Of a DNA stretch of 64,000 bases, positions 27,205 through 41,047 are shown piece after piece. The stretch's first letter is position 1. Each line of letters starts with the position of its first letter. The notes under the pieces are model-generated. The model worked only from the letters and a program-made list of their open reading frames with translations, did not search any database and was not told the origin of the DNA. The translations under genes and the position numbers were made by a program. This stretch comes from Chrysomallon squamiferum (Eukaryota > Animalia > Mollusca): positions 6,882,001 to 6,946,000 of the forward strand of contig CM022670.1 in the NCBI GenBank assembly GCA_012295275.1, in the 5' to 3' direction.

Positions 27205-28209
27205 TTAAGTCTTAATGTTGAATTCTTTACACCACACCGTGGCCCACGAGTTATAGTCCGTGATAGGAGTTATCTCCCTTGTTTTCTGAACGACTCTTGG
27301 CGAGAGAGGAACTTGGCCGTTTTTGTGTCGGATCGTGTCTAGGATGTCCATTGCACTCTCCAGTCTGTACGTCAACACGAGGCGTCGGTCGTGTGGAATG
27401 GTCTGCAACGACTGCGTCCTTTTCAGACTCCGCGGCGACAGATTCAAAGACGATATCGTCTGCGACGACGGCAAGCTGGGTCTACGTGACAGAAGTTTTC
27501 CCTGCGAGTCTTTCTGCTCAGCGACACTGTGCCACATGACGTCGCTCTGCTCGTCCGCGTCCTGCGGCTCCTGGTCCTCCTCGCACGACGACTTCTCGCT
27601 CTTCGTCTCCGACGTCGTCTCCAAGCCGCTGACGCTTTTCGTCTTCTTCCGTATCCCGATGGGATTCATCGGCGTCTTGTTACGGACGAGAAACGTGTTG
27701 CACTCGGGGTGGCTCTGCACGAGCTGGCTGTGCAGAACGTCCTCGTAACCCTTCATCAGCGAGTACTGAGCCTCCGGGGAGAGAAACGACGAGAATCGAG
27801 CCGCTGTTGGCATTTTGTGGATCACCTCCATCGTGTTCGCTCTCTCGACCGCGCCGCCGCTCACCTTGTTTTTCATCTGGAACGCCAGCCTGCATTTAAC
27901 CAAGCTCTTCACTTTGTTTCCCAGAGCCAGGAACCGCGGCTTTCCGCCGGGATTCGTGTAGTGCATTGGCGTGAACGAGTTCATCGTCGCTCTTCGCTGC
28001 AGACATTTTGCACCTGTCGTCTTCTCCACCTCCGTCACTGGCGGTTTAGAACTCAGCTCGTTGGATCCTAAGCAGTTAGTGGAATATCTTTTCACGACTC
28101 GTTTGTCCGGTCTCGTGGTAGGTTTACTAACCACCCGTTTCTCACCTGTTAGCGTTTCTTTGGGTCTTTCAGTCGTTTTAGAACTTTGCGATGTGGTTGA
28201 ATTTGGCAT
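27205..28209 (-). CDS. Uncharacterised 334-aa protein, single coding exon, basic and Ser/Thr-rich, probably largely disordered
   Basis: Longest ORF in the window, with a GC/CpG-rich coding-like composition against an AT-rich background. A candidate acceptor (catag, ~28223) just upstream of the ATG suggests a 5' UTR intron. No domain recognised. Confidence 0.75.
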   Translation of the reverse strand: MPNSTTSQSSKTTERPKETLTGEKRVVSKPTTRPDKRVVKRYSTNCLGSNELSSKPPVTEVEKTTGAKCLQRRATMNSFTPMHYTNPGGKPRFLALGNKVKSLVKCRLAFQMKNKVSGGAVERANTMEVIHKMPTAARFSSFLSPEAQYSLMKGYEDVLHSQLVQSHPECNTFLVRNKTPMNPIGIRKKTKSVSGLETTSETKSEKSSCEEDQEPQDADEQSDVMWHSVAEQKDSQGKLLSRRPSLPSSQTISSLNLSPRSLKRTQSLQTIPHDRRLVLTYRLESAMDILDTIRHKNGQVPLSPRVVQKTREITPITDYNSWATVWCKEFNIKT

Positions 28210-30084
28210 TGTTACACAGAACCTATGTTGCAGTTATTATCTTTTTTTTTTAATTCTTATCTAATTTATAAATATATCTTGTAAGTCTTTCGTTGCACAA
28301 AATAATAAACTCCTTATTTCATTTCTATAATTCCAAGAATACAAGAAAAACAAAAACAACAACAACAAGAAAAATCCAATTGAAAATTGTATCGTTTCAC
28401 CAGATTAATTTTCCAAAAATGTTTGCCCTTGTTATTTTGTTTTAGAAACAGCAACAACAACAAACAACCAAAACAATCATTTAAGATTCACGTACGGTGA
28501 AAGTGCAAGAACGAATCCGTATCATGATCCCTACTTCACAATAACGTCTGCTGGAAAATCTCTCCGATTTTAATAACTGGTTTAATACAGTGAGCGACAG
28601 CTGTTTGTACAACATTAAGCCACGCCTTCTGCTTTTGCAAAGTCAGTTTTCATTAGTTGTTAGTGACATTGTTTCTTCACGTTTGTTGTGATCTACGCCG
28701 CAGTTGTCACTGTGCCAAGAGAAAGCGTGTCTAGTCAATAGCTGGCTGGCTTTACGTGGTCCAGTACATACTAACGTATTGTGTAATACGCTCTTGAAAT
28801 CGCAGATTAATGATGTTGTAAACACACTCTCAGATTTAACCCCAGACCGAATATTCGTGCCTAAAGCTACAAACATTTTAAAATAATACACTAATGACCT
28901 TGTATCCTTAGTCATATGATATTAATTTTGTTTATTTCTAACAGAATTAAAAAGGACATGTACAACAGTTTTAGAAATTAAATAAGCGATTTATCATTAA
29001 AGATACAAACTTGTTGTTGTTTTTTTGGACGTTTTTGAACAGCAGCTATGTAGAAACATTTTTTTAAAATATCTTGCTTTGTTAGGAATAGGAGGATTGC
29101 CACTATTTTCAGGATGTTATTGGGAATGAACATTTGCTACCGCGATCTTTGTATGAGTCATTCATTCATTCTTCTACACCATAATTCAGAACTTAGTGCT
29201 TTCATCTGCTTAAACTTTAATCCATTATTCATTTATTCATTGACTCCTTTATTTGCTAAGCTAGTTACAGACAAGCTGATAGACAGACATTCAGACTTTT
29301 AGATAGATGAATGGATTAACAGATACGACAGATAAAGAAGATAGACATAGACATACAGACTGACAGAGAGACAAACAGAAGGACTGACACACAGAGAAAG
29401 AAATCGATGAAAAAGTTACCTTATTAAAAGTTAATTTGCAAAATGTGCTATTATTGTGTGTTGGTTAATTTTCATATTCATTTATTTTTTTTTTTTTTTT
29501 TTTTTTTGTTGTAAGCAAACAAAAAAAAAAAAAAATAAAAAAAATATATATATATAATTTAAATAAAATCAACATAATAAATACATAAAAGATCTGATAT
29601 CATATTATAGTCATGATATTCAGTTCTTACATTCTTTTTCAATGAGAAGTATGATATTGTTCACGGTTCGCTCATGTAGACAAAACATGTTTTCGTTATT
29701 TACCTGATATCGACTCAGACGACCACTGGCTAATAATTAGCTGTTTAAAAAAAAATCATTAACACGGACCATGCGGTTAGCTTTCCGTGTCAGTTATACA
29801 GACAACAATGTGCGTTAATATATGACTGATTTTCCAGCGGAAGTCTCTCTTCGTCATCGACCAGTCGAACAAATCGTTAACGTCCTCGACGTGTTCAGCA
29901 TTCCGCGACGATCACAACAACAGCAGTCGTTTGTGAGACTGTACCTGTGATGATGCGGACGTGTAGCGTATTACTGATGTTTCTAAGGAATTGTTTTATA
30001 TTAATTTTTTTATATATATTTTTTTTTATTATCATTTATATAAGTGTTGTTTGATACGTGTCAGTAATAATAATAATAATACCT

Positions 30085-30139
<55 letters not shown>

Positions 30140-30553
30140 CAACAACAATAATAATAATAATAATAATAAAATCCCTCTCCTGCTCATTTTTCTTTTCTGA
30201 AAAAATACAACCCAAGTAGTTGCCCGCTGTGAATATGAAATCAGAATTGTCTAACAGACTTTTAAAAAGCGAGCAATAACTGAAGCAATAACAACAACAA
30301 ATACAATTAAAATATTTTTCTTGTTACTGTTGGAATATTGGGTTTTTGGGGGGGGGTTTTTTTTCGAACAATATCGAATAAAAGTATTGCACGTAAACAT
30401 ACAGTTTTTATAATGAACTCATTCAGAATAAAAATTAAAAAAAATATAAAAAAACGAAACAAATAAACAAAATCGATTACAAATGATTTCTATTAATGTT
30501 GATGTATCACTTTTTTGAAGACATTTCATTATGATTATTTTTAACATTAATAC

Positions 30554-30609
<56 letters not shown>

Positions 30610-31491
30610 AATAAATAAATAAATAAAGAAAGAAAGAATAAGAATAAGAATAAGAATAATAAATAAATAAACAAATAAAATAAAATAAAATAATAAAATA
30701 AATAATTTATTATAAATATGAATGCCTAACAAAAGTATTTCTTCAAATAGAATATATTTATATAAAATGTTTGTCAAAGACTGATAGTTAATACTGTGTC
30801 GAGTTTCCTTTCGCTCAGATGACGTCATTATGAAGTCACATGCGACAAAATAATTCTTTGTGCTGAAAAGATTAACTTTGGTGGCAATATTCTTTTCTCA
30901 CATTTAAAATAAGTTAACTTTTAGACTGATATTTGCAAAATATATTTAAAAAAAAAAATCTTTTTATTATTATTATTATTATAAATTTAAATTCTTCTTT
31001 GGATTCTTTCTTTATTTGACCAACTTTGATCAGAACTGATAGTTTCACAAGCTTTTGAAAACATAAATTAAGAACCTCACTGTTGTGTTTGGACTTGTTT
31101 GAAATAACTGTCTTTTATTGTAGTCGTTGAATTTAAAACCGACGTCAGCATTTAAGTGCTCTATACATTTTTTTTTTTTTTTTTTTTTTTTGATTTACTG
31201 TTCTGGGTTAAAAAAAAGAAGAAAAAAAAAAAAGGATTTGGTGAATTAAATATTTCGGTAAATGAATAGACTTTTATATATATTTTTTTCTTAATACTTT
31301 TTTTCTTCATTTTTATTTTCTGTCAAATATTAAGTTTTTATAGTGTAAAAATTAATGTATTTTTTTTCTCCTCTGAATTAAATTAAAATATTTCCTTTAG
31401 TATTTGATGCCGTTTATAAATGTCAAAACGACTTTTTTCTTCTAAATTTTCTTTAATATGTTTTTTGACCTTGTTTATTTATTTTCTATTT

Positions 31492-31526
<35 letters not shown>

Positions 31527-32026
31527 TTTTCTTTTTATCTGTTTTATTTATTTTTGTTTTTGTTGTTATTTGGAGGGTTTGTTTCTGGAGTGGAGTTTAT
31601 GATTTTCTTTCTTTTTTAAAAAAGACTTCATAGCATCAGATAACATTATGAAAACAAACATATTATAGTTCAAAACAAAATAAATAAATAGATAAATAAA
31701 TAAATAAATAAACAAACAAACAAAGACAAATAAATTAAGAAAACAAAAACAAATAATAGAAAAAGTAACGAAAACAAATAAGAAAACATATAAGTGAACG
31801 CATTTAAGGAAATGCGTTAAGAATAATAACCAATACTTAGCTTTAATCGATGCTACTGCGAATAAAAAAGAATATTTTTATACGTACCAACAAATGTGAA
31901 GAAAAAAAACAAACAATTAAACTTTTGAGAAAATTAAACACAACAACTTTGTCAATAACAGGCTCAATGTTATAACAGTGAACTAATCATTAGCATGCTC
32001 GTTGTAGCTATAGGTCTGTTAGATTT

Positions 32027-32066
<40 letters not shown>

Positions 32067-32232
32067 GTAGAAGTAGTAGTAGTAGTAATAGTAGATGTAA
32101 TAGTAGGAATAGTAGTAGTTGTAATAATAATAATAGTAGTAGTAATAGTAATAGTAGTAGTAGTAGTAGTAGTAATAATAATAATAGTAATAGTAGTAGT
32201 AGCAGTAGTAATACTACTAATAATAACCATAA

Positions 32233-32267
<35 letters not shown>

Positions 32268-32276
32268 AACTAAATG

Positions 32277-32309
<33 letters not shown>

Positions 32310-33176
32310 GAACAAAAAAACGAACAAAAACACAAAAATACTTCAATGTAAAATATTTATCTTGCGGATTATTTGAGAAGTATTAAAAGCATTCATTGTG
32401 AAATGGAGCAAATACGTGGACAAACAAACACAGCGGAGTACTGTAAGGTAACATCTCCGTGTTGTTACGGTTTGAAACGTTTCTGCTCTTTGTGTTCACA
32501 AGCTTACATTGCTTATTTTGAGTCCCGTTTCGGGTTTTCTCCGAGTACAGAGAGTTTTTTTGTTTACTTTGAGAATTGTTTCAGCTTGTATGTTTCATTT
32601 TTTCATGGTCGATCAAACATTCGACTAAACCAACCGTGAAATAAAATATACGGAATAGTTTTAATAGCCCGGCTCCTAGGATCAAACCTCATCTGTGGGT
32701 TGGTTGTCTATAACTACCTTACCAAAGAGTAGTCTTTTGTGTTTAAGTTAACTATAAACATAATGAAAGCGTTAACACGTCTACTCTGTAGGACCTTTTA
32801 TTCATTTCGCTGTCAGTCGGAGATGACAAAATCTAGTTTTTTCTTATCAAGTTGTTTTGTAGTAATCTAGTCAAATCTGACATTATTCGTGACGTCATTG
32901 CCTATCCAGACATTACCAATGGAAACATACTAAAATGATTTTTTTTTTTTTTTTTTTTTTTGCGTAGGAAAAATGTTTCTGGGTGAGCATAGTCAGTTGT
33001 TGTTGTTTTTTTTTTTTTCCCGTTCCAGCAAGTCTATAGCATACGTTTTCCAATCTAGTGTTGTGTATGTAAAACACTGTGAATTGCTCATCGGAAAAAA
33101 ACAAAACATGTAACTTTTCTTTCATATCATTCTTGCAGAAAAACACAAAAATAAATAAACAAGCAAATAAATAAAA

Positions 33177-33269
<93 letters not shown>

Positions 33270-34552
33270 TCAGTTAATCCAGTGACCTCAACAGACATTT
33301 TTTAAATTTTAATTATTATATATATATTTATTTCTTCACAGGGAATCGATCTTTGACCTTTAGCACTGTTAACTGCGCAGAAGAATTTTGAGATATCAGT
33401 ATTTGACACCAAATAAATATTAATTGTATGCCTTTTTTTGAAAAGATAAATTTCGTTTCTTTTTAAGTGTCATAAAAAAAAATTTATTCTTTTATTATAT
33501 TTTTTTTAAACTTCGTTATTTCATTTATTTATTTAATTCATTTATTTATTTGTTTATTTATTTATTTATTTGTTTTTATTGTTTTTATTTTATATATATA
33601 CTTTTTATTTTTTTTTTCATTTTGTTTTGTGGTGGTATCAGTTACGTACACTTAACACCATACTTTACATTACAGTATTTATTTTCAGCCCTTCTTGAAC
33701 TAGCTCAGAACGGTCATTTTACATGAATCATTCATAACCTATAAGCTGTTTCACTACGGAAAAAAAAAAAAGAACGAAAAGAAAAGATAATAATTCATAA
33801 TTCATAGAATGAAGGTGTTATCATAAGCTAAAAAAATAAATAAATAAAAGACAAAGAAACAATAAATAAAGAAAGAAAAAGAAAAAAAAAAAAGAAAGAA
33901 TAAAATCATATATAACGTGGTGACAAAAGAAAACAATGGTCGATTATGTCGAGAATTAATGACCAGACCTTGTTCATTTTTCATTTCCGAAACTTAACAA
34001 ATGATTAATCTTATCCGAGATTAACACCATAAACAAAACGAACAGGTTTTACCCGCCTGATTAAAATGTGATTAGAAACGCAACCTGATAGTCATGGTGT
34101 TATCTTCATTTGATACACGGCTGTTTTCAAGAAGCGTGAAAAACGTGCAGAGATCATGACAAGAGTTATTTTTCATTGTGAGAACGAAATTTATTAACAA
34201 AACATTCCAGCGGTTATGTCTTTCTGCTGATGTCGTTGATAACTGTCCATGAAATACAAAGATACCTGCACACACACAAACACACATTTAAACACATATG
34301 CAACACGCGTATATAAATATGTGCGTATGTGTGTGCATGTATGTATGTATGTATGTGTGTATGTATATATAAGCTGATATATGCATGTATGTATGTATGT
34401 ATATATAAGCTGATATAAAATATATATATTATGTTTGCCTTGTTCGATAGTTATGAAAACAATAACAACATTTCTTTAATTGTTACTGTCTAATATATAC
34501 AGGAAAGAAAGAAAACTGGAAACCTTTATACTACTACTTCTACTACTAATAT

Positions 34553-34608
<56 letters not shown>

Positions 34609-34935
34609 ATAAAAAATAATAATAATATAATAATAATAATAAAAACTATAATAATAAAGATTAACTAGTCATTGATACTTAATATGTTTTAGCTGTTTCT
34701 TAACGTCAGTTTCCTTTAAGAATACGTATGTGGTGTATAATAAATGAAGAGATGATTATTAGATGCAGTCTTTTTTTTTGCCATATTAGTGCTTTTTATG
34801 AAATAGTGTCTTAGCAAAAAAACAATATTAAAAAAATGTGAAAAGCAGTAAGAAGATAATGCTGAAAAAAAAAACAAGAAAAGAAAAAAAAAAAAACACA
34901 CTAATAAAACGATCAAAATTATGGAAGGTTTTTAA

Positions 34936-34976
<41 letters not shown>

Positions 34977-35109
34977 TATAACATTGTTTTATGCTTATAA
35001 TTCCAGTTTAAATGTCCTTTCAACCTTTGTTAGCTTGTCATAAAATACATTTTTCAAATAAAACTAAATGATTTAATACAAGGAAAGTAAACAACAACAA
35101 GCAGACACA

Positions 35110-35880
35110 TCAGAACATGTCTGTATATATATGTCATGTAGCTGTCTAGAAACATGACAAAAATATGTCTTGATAGATACAAAAAAATGTCTAGATACAT
35201 ACAAAAAAATGTCTAGATACATACAAAAAAATGTCCAGATAGATGTCAAAAACATGTTTAGATATTAATTCAAAAATATGTTTAAAACAGATCTTGACAC
35301 GTCAAAACCCCCCCAAAAAAACAACCACAAAACAAAATATATATAAAATAAAAAATAAAAAATTTAAAATAAAATGTAAAAATTAATAGAGAATAATCTC
35401 TACTCGCTTTGCAGAAAAAAAAAAAAAACAACAACAAACCCCCCCCCAAAAAAATAACAAGCAAACAAAAACAGACACAAACTGATAGGTAAAAGAAACA
35501 CATTCCAGATATTTGTAATAACACAAGGTCTAGATGCATGTAAAACAGACATGTCTATCTACATACATTTAAAACAGACATGTCTGTCTACATACATTTA
35601 AAATCAAAGCTAGATACATATCCATAATCTGTCTAGATGTATTAAAAAAAAAAAAAACAACAAAACAAAACAAACGCCCATAAATGTCTAGATGTATGTC
35701 AAAAAACATATAGAGATAAATATAAAAAAAAGACATCAGAAAACAGCAAAGTAAAACTAAATATATTTAGATACATGTTAAAAAGAACAACACGATCAAG
35801 ATACATGTTAAACAACATGTTTAGATATGTTATTAAAAACATGTCGAGATACACGTTACATGTAAAAAACAAACAACATG
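35110..35880. repeat. Degenerate repeat array with core atgtctagatacat
   Basis: Variants of (c)atgtctagatac recur many times, separated by A-rich spacers. Confidence 0.6.
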
Positions 35881-37361
35881 TTTGGGAATATTAAAAAAAA
35901 AAAAAAATAGAAGTGAAAAAACCTGAAAAAACTCTTGATTAAACGAATGACATAAAGCACTTCATGATACGTCAAGTATGTGTGTATATCTGTGTGTGTC
36001 CACGTACGTGTGTATATATATATGTGTGTGTATGTGTATATATCTGATCTGTGTATGTGTGTGGCTGTTTATGTGTGTATATATCTGTGTATATGGGTGT
36101 ATGTGGCTGTGTATGTGTGTGTATGTGTGCATGTGTGTGTTTGTGTATGTGTGTGACTGTGTATGTGTGTATATGTATCTGCTTATGTGTATGTGTGTGT
36201 GACTGTGTATGTGTGTGTGTATGGGTGTGTGTCTGTGTATGTGGTTGCCTGTGTATGTGTATGTGTCTGTGTATGTGTGTATATATCTGTGTTTGTAAAG
36301 AAATAAATAAAAAGCAAAAACAGACTAACGTCTGGGTCAAAATAACCTGCCAGTGTTGTCAACTGAATATTAATTTAATAAAAAACCTGATTTATAATTT
36401 ACAGACCAACTTAATTATACCAAAATATTTATGTTATTATTTTTCGTTTTTATTGTTTTGATTTATGCGTGATACGTACCTAGGTAAAGTTATAAACCTG
36501 ATTTGTTTTCTTTAGTAGTACTACATAAAAAATAGCATTTAGAATCATATAAAAATTGCATTTCTATTATTTTGCATATATAAAACTATTATTTACAAAC
36601 ACATACTTTCATACATATATATACACATGCATGCCTATATACATATATAATACATACATACCTTCATACGTAGCTAGATTCATATATAATTAAAAACATA
36701 TAACATGTATACAAATAAATAACATATATATAAACATTCATATATACACATACATATATAAATACATACATACATACATACATACAAATGTACTCACACA
36801 TACTTACATACTTACACACATACTTACATACATACATACACACATGTTCCAGGGCGTTCCCGAATATTATTAACTTGCAGAGACTGTTCAGATGTTACAT
36901 AAGACAACAAAATATTACTATTAAATAAACATTATTAATCATGCACACACACACACACACGCACACACACACAGCCACACATAAAAGCAGTATATACAGG
37001 TATATATAAAACTAGCTCTTTTCTCATTAATCTTCATACGTAGATCATTTCAGACGATACTGACACCGACAGAAAATGTTTGTCTTTGTTTCTTCCTTCA
37101 AGAAATCGGAGACAGGAGTTCCCACCTAGAAAAAGACGATGCCATATTTCAAGGCAAGCTCAGACACATTCTGCTTTCAAACTGACAAGTCGATAACCTT
37201 GTTTAAATTCTGATCCAAAGTCTGAGGAAAAGAAAAAAAACAACAACACGACAACACTACAACAAACAAAAACAATAATAAAACAACAACAACAAACAAA
37301 CAAACAGAGAAGAAAAAACATAAATAAATAAATAAAATTAAAAATTAAAAACAAGAGAAAG

Positions 37362-37392
<31 letters not shown>

Positions 37393-37604
37393 ATAATGAA
37401 ATAAAATAAAACAAACAACAAACAAACAAAAACAGCTATCGGTAATAACATTACAATAAGGCAAAACGACTTTTAACCACAGGGTACATTAACTGCTCCG
37501 TAACTGAATGAATGTCAAATATATTCGATATTCTAATTGTGGTGTTGTTTGCTGTTTCTTTTTTCTTTTGTATTTGTTTATTTGTTTATATAGCTATACA
37601 TAAA

Positions 37605-37641
<37 letters not shown>

Positions 37642-38361
37642 CTATAACAAACAAGAAGACGTTGAAAACTGGATGTTTTAATGTAGAATTAAAACAGTCA
37701 TTACATTGTTGTCGGTGTTGGTGGCATTACCGTTGTTACTTTATCTAGAACTGATGCTGGAATGTCCACTAATTAAACTACTCTATCAGTAGCCAGTACG
37801 TCACATTTCTAACTCCGGACGTTATCCGTATCAACTTAAATACAAAATACCTAATAAATAAAAGTGATTTAAACAAAGCTGAAGGGAAATAACTCTTGTT
37901 ACTATGCAATACTGTTAAAATTATCGATATTAATGCCTAGAAGCTTAGCAGTTAGATTTTTCGCATGTTTAAAAGTACACTATAGCACGTAGATTATTTG
38001 TTTAAATATCAGTTTTAAACTTCTAGCTAATAGGACTTATTTTTATATTTTTTTTTTTTTTTTTAGGAGGTTTTTTTATATGTTGTTTTATACAGAAAAA
38101 TTTTTCTTATATATTCACGTTGCCGATATTAGCGATCAGTAAAATTACAGTAAACTGTCACATGATACCGGTATGGACGACACAAACTAGCAGATTTTAG
38201 CGATCAGTAAAAATTGTCGTTTTATATTTTTTCTAAATAAAATAAAATAAATAGATAATATAAACGAACAGACAAAACAAACAAATAAATAAATATTTTT
38301 AAAAAAATGACAGAAACAAAATGGTTTATTTGATGAATAATTTATTACACAAAGAGTTATT

Positions 38362-40994
38362 TTACTTTGTTATTGGAGCCGCAGTCGCTTTTAGAGCGTT
38401 CACTTTGTCTTGCACTGATGGCGGAATGTTCACTTTAGCAAGTTTGTGAACTACTCCGTTTGTCGCAGATATATCTTTTGTCAGAATCTGAGAGCTACCC
38501 GCGTCGTAACCAACTGTGAAAACATCACAACATCAGTATTAATTAATTATATATTAAAAATATAGCATTAACAATGTCTGACCGTCAAAATAACACAACA
38601 TCAGTATTAATAACGTATTTAAATTATAGCATTAACAATGTCTGACCATCAAAATAACACAACATCAGTATTAATTAATTATATATTTAAAATATAGCAT
38701 TAACAATGTCTGAGCGTCAAAATAACACTACATCAGTATTCATAACGTATTTAAATTATAACATTAACAATGTCTGGCCGTCAAAATAACACAACATCAA
38801 TATTAATAACGTATTTAAATTATAACATTAACAATGTCTGACCGTCAAAATAACACATCGGTATTAATAACGTATTTAAATTATAACATTAACAATGTCT
38901 GACCGTCAAAATAACACAACATTAGTATTATTAATAACATATTTTAAAGAGAGCATTATTAATATAATCGATTTTCAGAATAAGGAAATATCAAATGTAA
39001 TAGCGTATTTAAAATAGATCAATGCTAACACCATAAGAATAAATTAATAAAGTACTATTAATGGTGTCACTTCTTTTTCAAAATAACAAAATTTCATACC
39101 TAATTAACCTATAACCACTACTGTTATAGAAACTAAAATTACTGATGCAATCTTCAAGATAATATGTGGCGGAAGAATAAATGTCAAATTTAACGTAATT
39201 CATAATTAGGGCTTTTTATTTGGCGTTTTTGCTCATGAAATAAGAATAATAATCAAACACAGATACATGATCAAAAAGAGTAAGATGACGACACAAAAGA
39301 GTTTAAAATTTTTCTGCAGCTACAAAGTCCTACAAATATAGAAATGTTAATCAAAAACCCATTACTTATCGAGACATTATAAGATGAAGTAAACACAGCT
39401 GAGAGTTGGTCTGTGTCACGGACTCTGATACTCACAGAAGAGAAATTTGTGGAGTCTCAGTCTGTCAGCTTCGTCAAACGTCTCCAGTCTCTGCTCGTGG
39501 AAGTCATCGCTCCACAGACTTCCTGGTACCACGTGATATTTAATAATAGCTGTAGAGATAAAATTGTTAGTGTAAATTCATTGTATAGATTTATAATATA
39601 TAAATTTTAAAAAATAATAATAATAAAATAAAATAAAATAAAAACAATAAATAAAAATTATAAAAATAAAAAGAAAGAAGCACGTGGACATCACATGACA
39701 AAGTCTCATGTATAACTGAAACGTGACATGCAGATAAACCGTGATATTTCACGTGAAAAGTAAAACAAAATTTACAGCATAATGAGACGTGTTTTTATTT
39801 AATTTATTATTATTATTGTTATTATTATTACTATTATTATTATTATGATATATAAATTTTAAATAACACTAAGAAAGATTGTTTGTACCTAATACTAAAA
39901 CAGGCAGGCTGTCTGTATTTATTACTAAGAAGAGAAGGTTTCTACTTACTGGTAAGGAGGGCAGGCTGTCTGTATTTATTACTAAGAAGAGAAGGTCTTC
40001 TTACTGGGGCAGGGGGCTGTCTGTATTTATTACTAAGAAGAGATAATTGTTTGTACTTAATACTGGTACAGGAAGGCTGTCTGTATTTATTACTAAGAAG
40101 AGAAGGTTGTCTTCTTACTGGTAAGGAGGGCAGGCTGTCTGTATTTATTACTAAGAAGAGAAGGTTGTCTTCTTACTGGTAAGGAGGGCAGGCTGTCTGT
40201 ATTTATTACTAAGAAGAGAAGGTTGTCTTCTTACTGGTAAGGAGGGCAGGCTGTCTGTATTTATTACTAAGAAGAGAAGGTTGTCTTCTTACTGGTAAGG
40301 AGGGCAGGCTGTCTGTATTTATTACTAAGAAGAGAAGGTTGACTACTTACTGGTAAGGAGGGCAGGCTGTCTGTATTTATTACTAAGAAGAGAAGGTTGT
40401 CTTCTTACTGGTAAGGAGGGCAGGCTGTCTGTATTTATTACTAAGAAGAGAAGGTTGTCTTCTTACTGGTAAGGAGGGCAGGCTGTCTGTATTTATTACT
40501 AAGAAGAGAAGGTTGTCTTCTTACTGGTAAGGAGGGCAGGCTGTCTGTATTGGAGGAGGGCAGGCTGTCTGTATTTATTATTTAACTAAGAAGAGAAGGT
40601 TGTCTTCTTACTGGTAAGGAGGGCAGGCTGTCTGTATTTATTACTAAGAAGAGAAGGTTGTCTTCTTACTGGTAAGGAGGGCAGGCTGTCTGTATTTATT
40701 ACTAAGAAGAGAAGGTTGTCTTCTTACTGGTAAGGAGGGCAGGCTGTCTGTATTTATTACTAAGAAATGAAGGTTGTCTTCTTACTGGTAAGGAGGGCAG
40801 GCTGTCTGTATTTGTTACTAAGAAATGAAGGTTTCTACTTACTGGTAAGGAGGGAAGGCTGCTGAACCAAGCCTTGAACGACAGAATCTCCGAGAGCTTT
40901 GAATGCATCGTTTGTTGGTGCAAACATTGTGATTGGATCTTGTTCTGTAACAAAAAATAACAGCAACATCAACAGCACTAATAATAATAGCAAA

Positions 40995-41047
<53 letters not shown>

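Noticed and set aside
27279-28264. Overlapping plus-strand ORFs of 86-180 aa and a 71-aa minus-strand ORF
   Set aside because: Shadow frames of the GC-rich 334-aa minus-strand ORF.
39880-40865. Regular repeats (also 47429-47671 and 58313-58710) that could be mistaken for a CRISPR array
   Set aside because: Head-to-tail units with no unique spacers, located in introns of a eukaryotic genome, with no cas genes.
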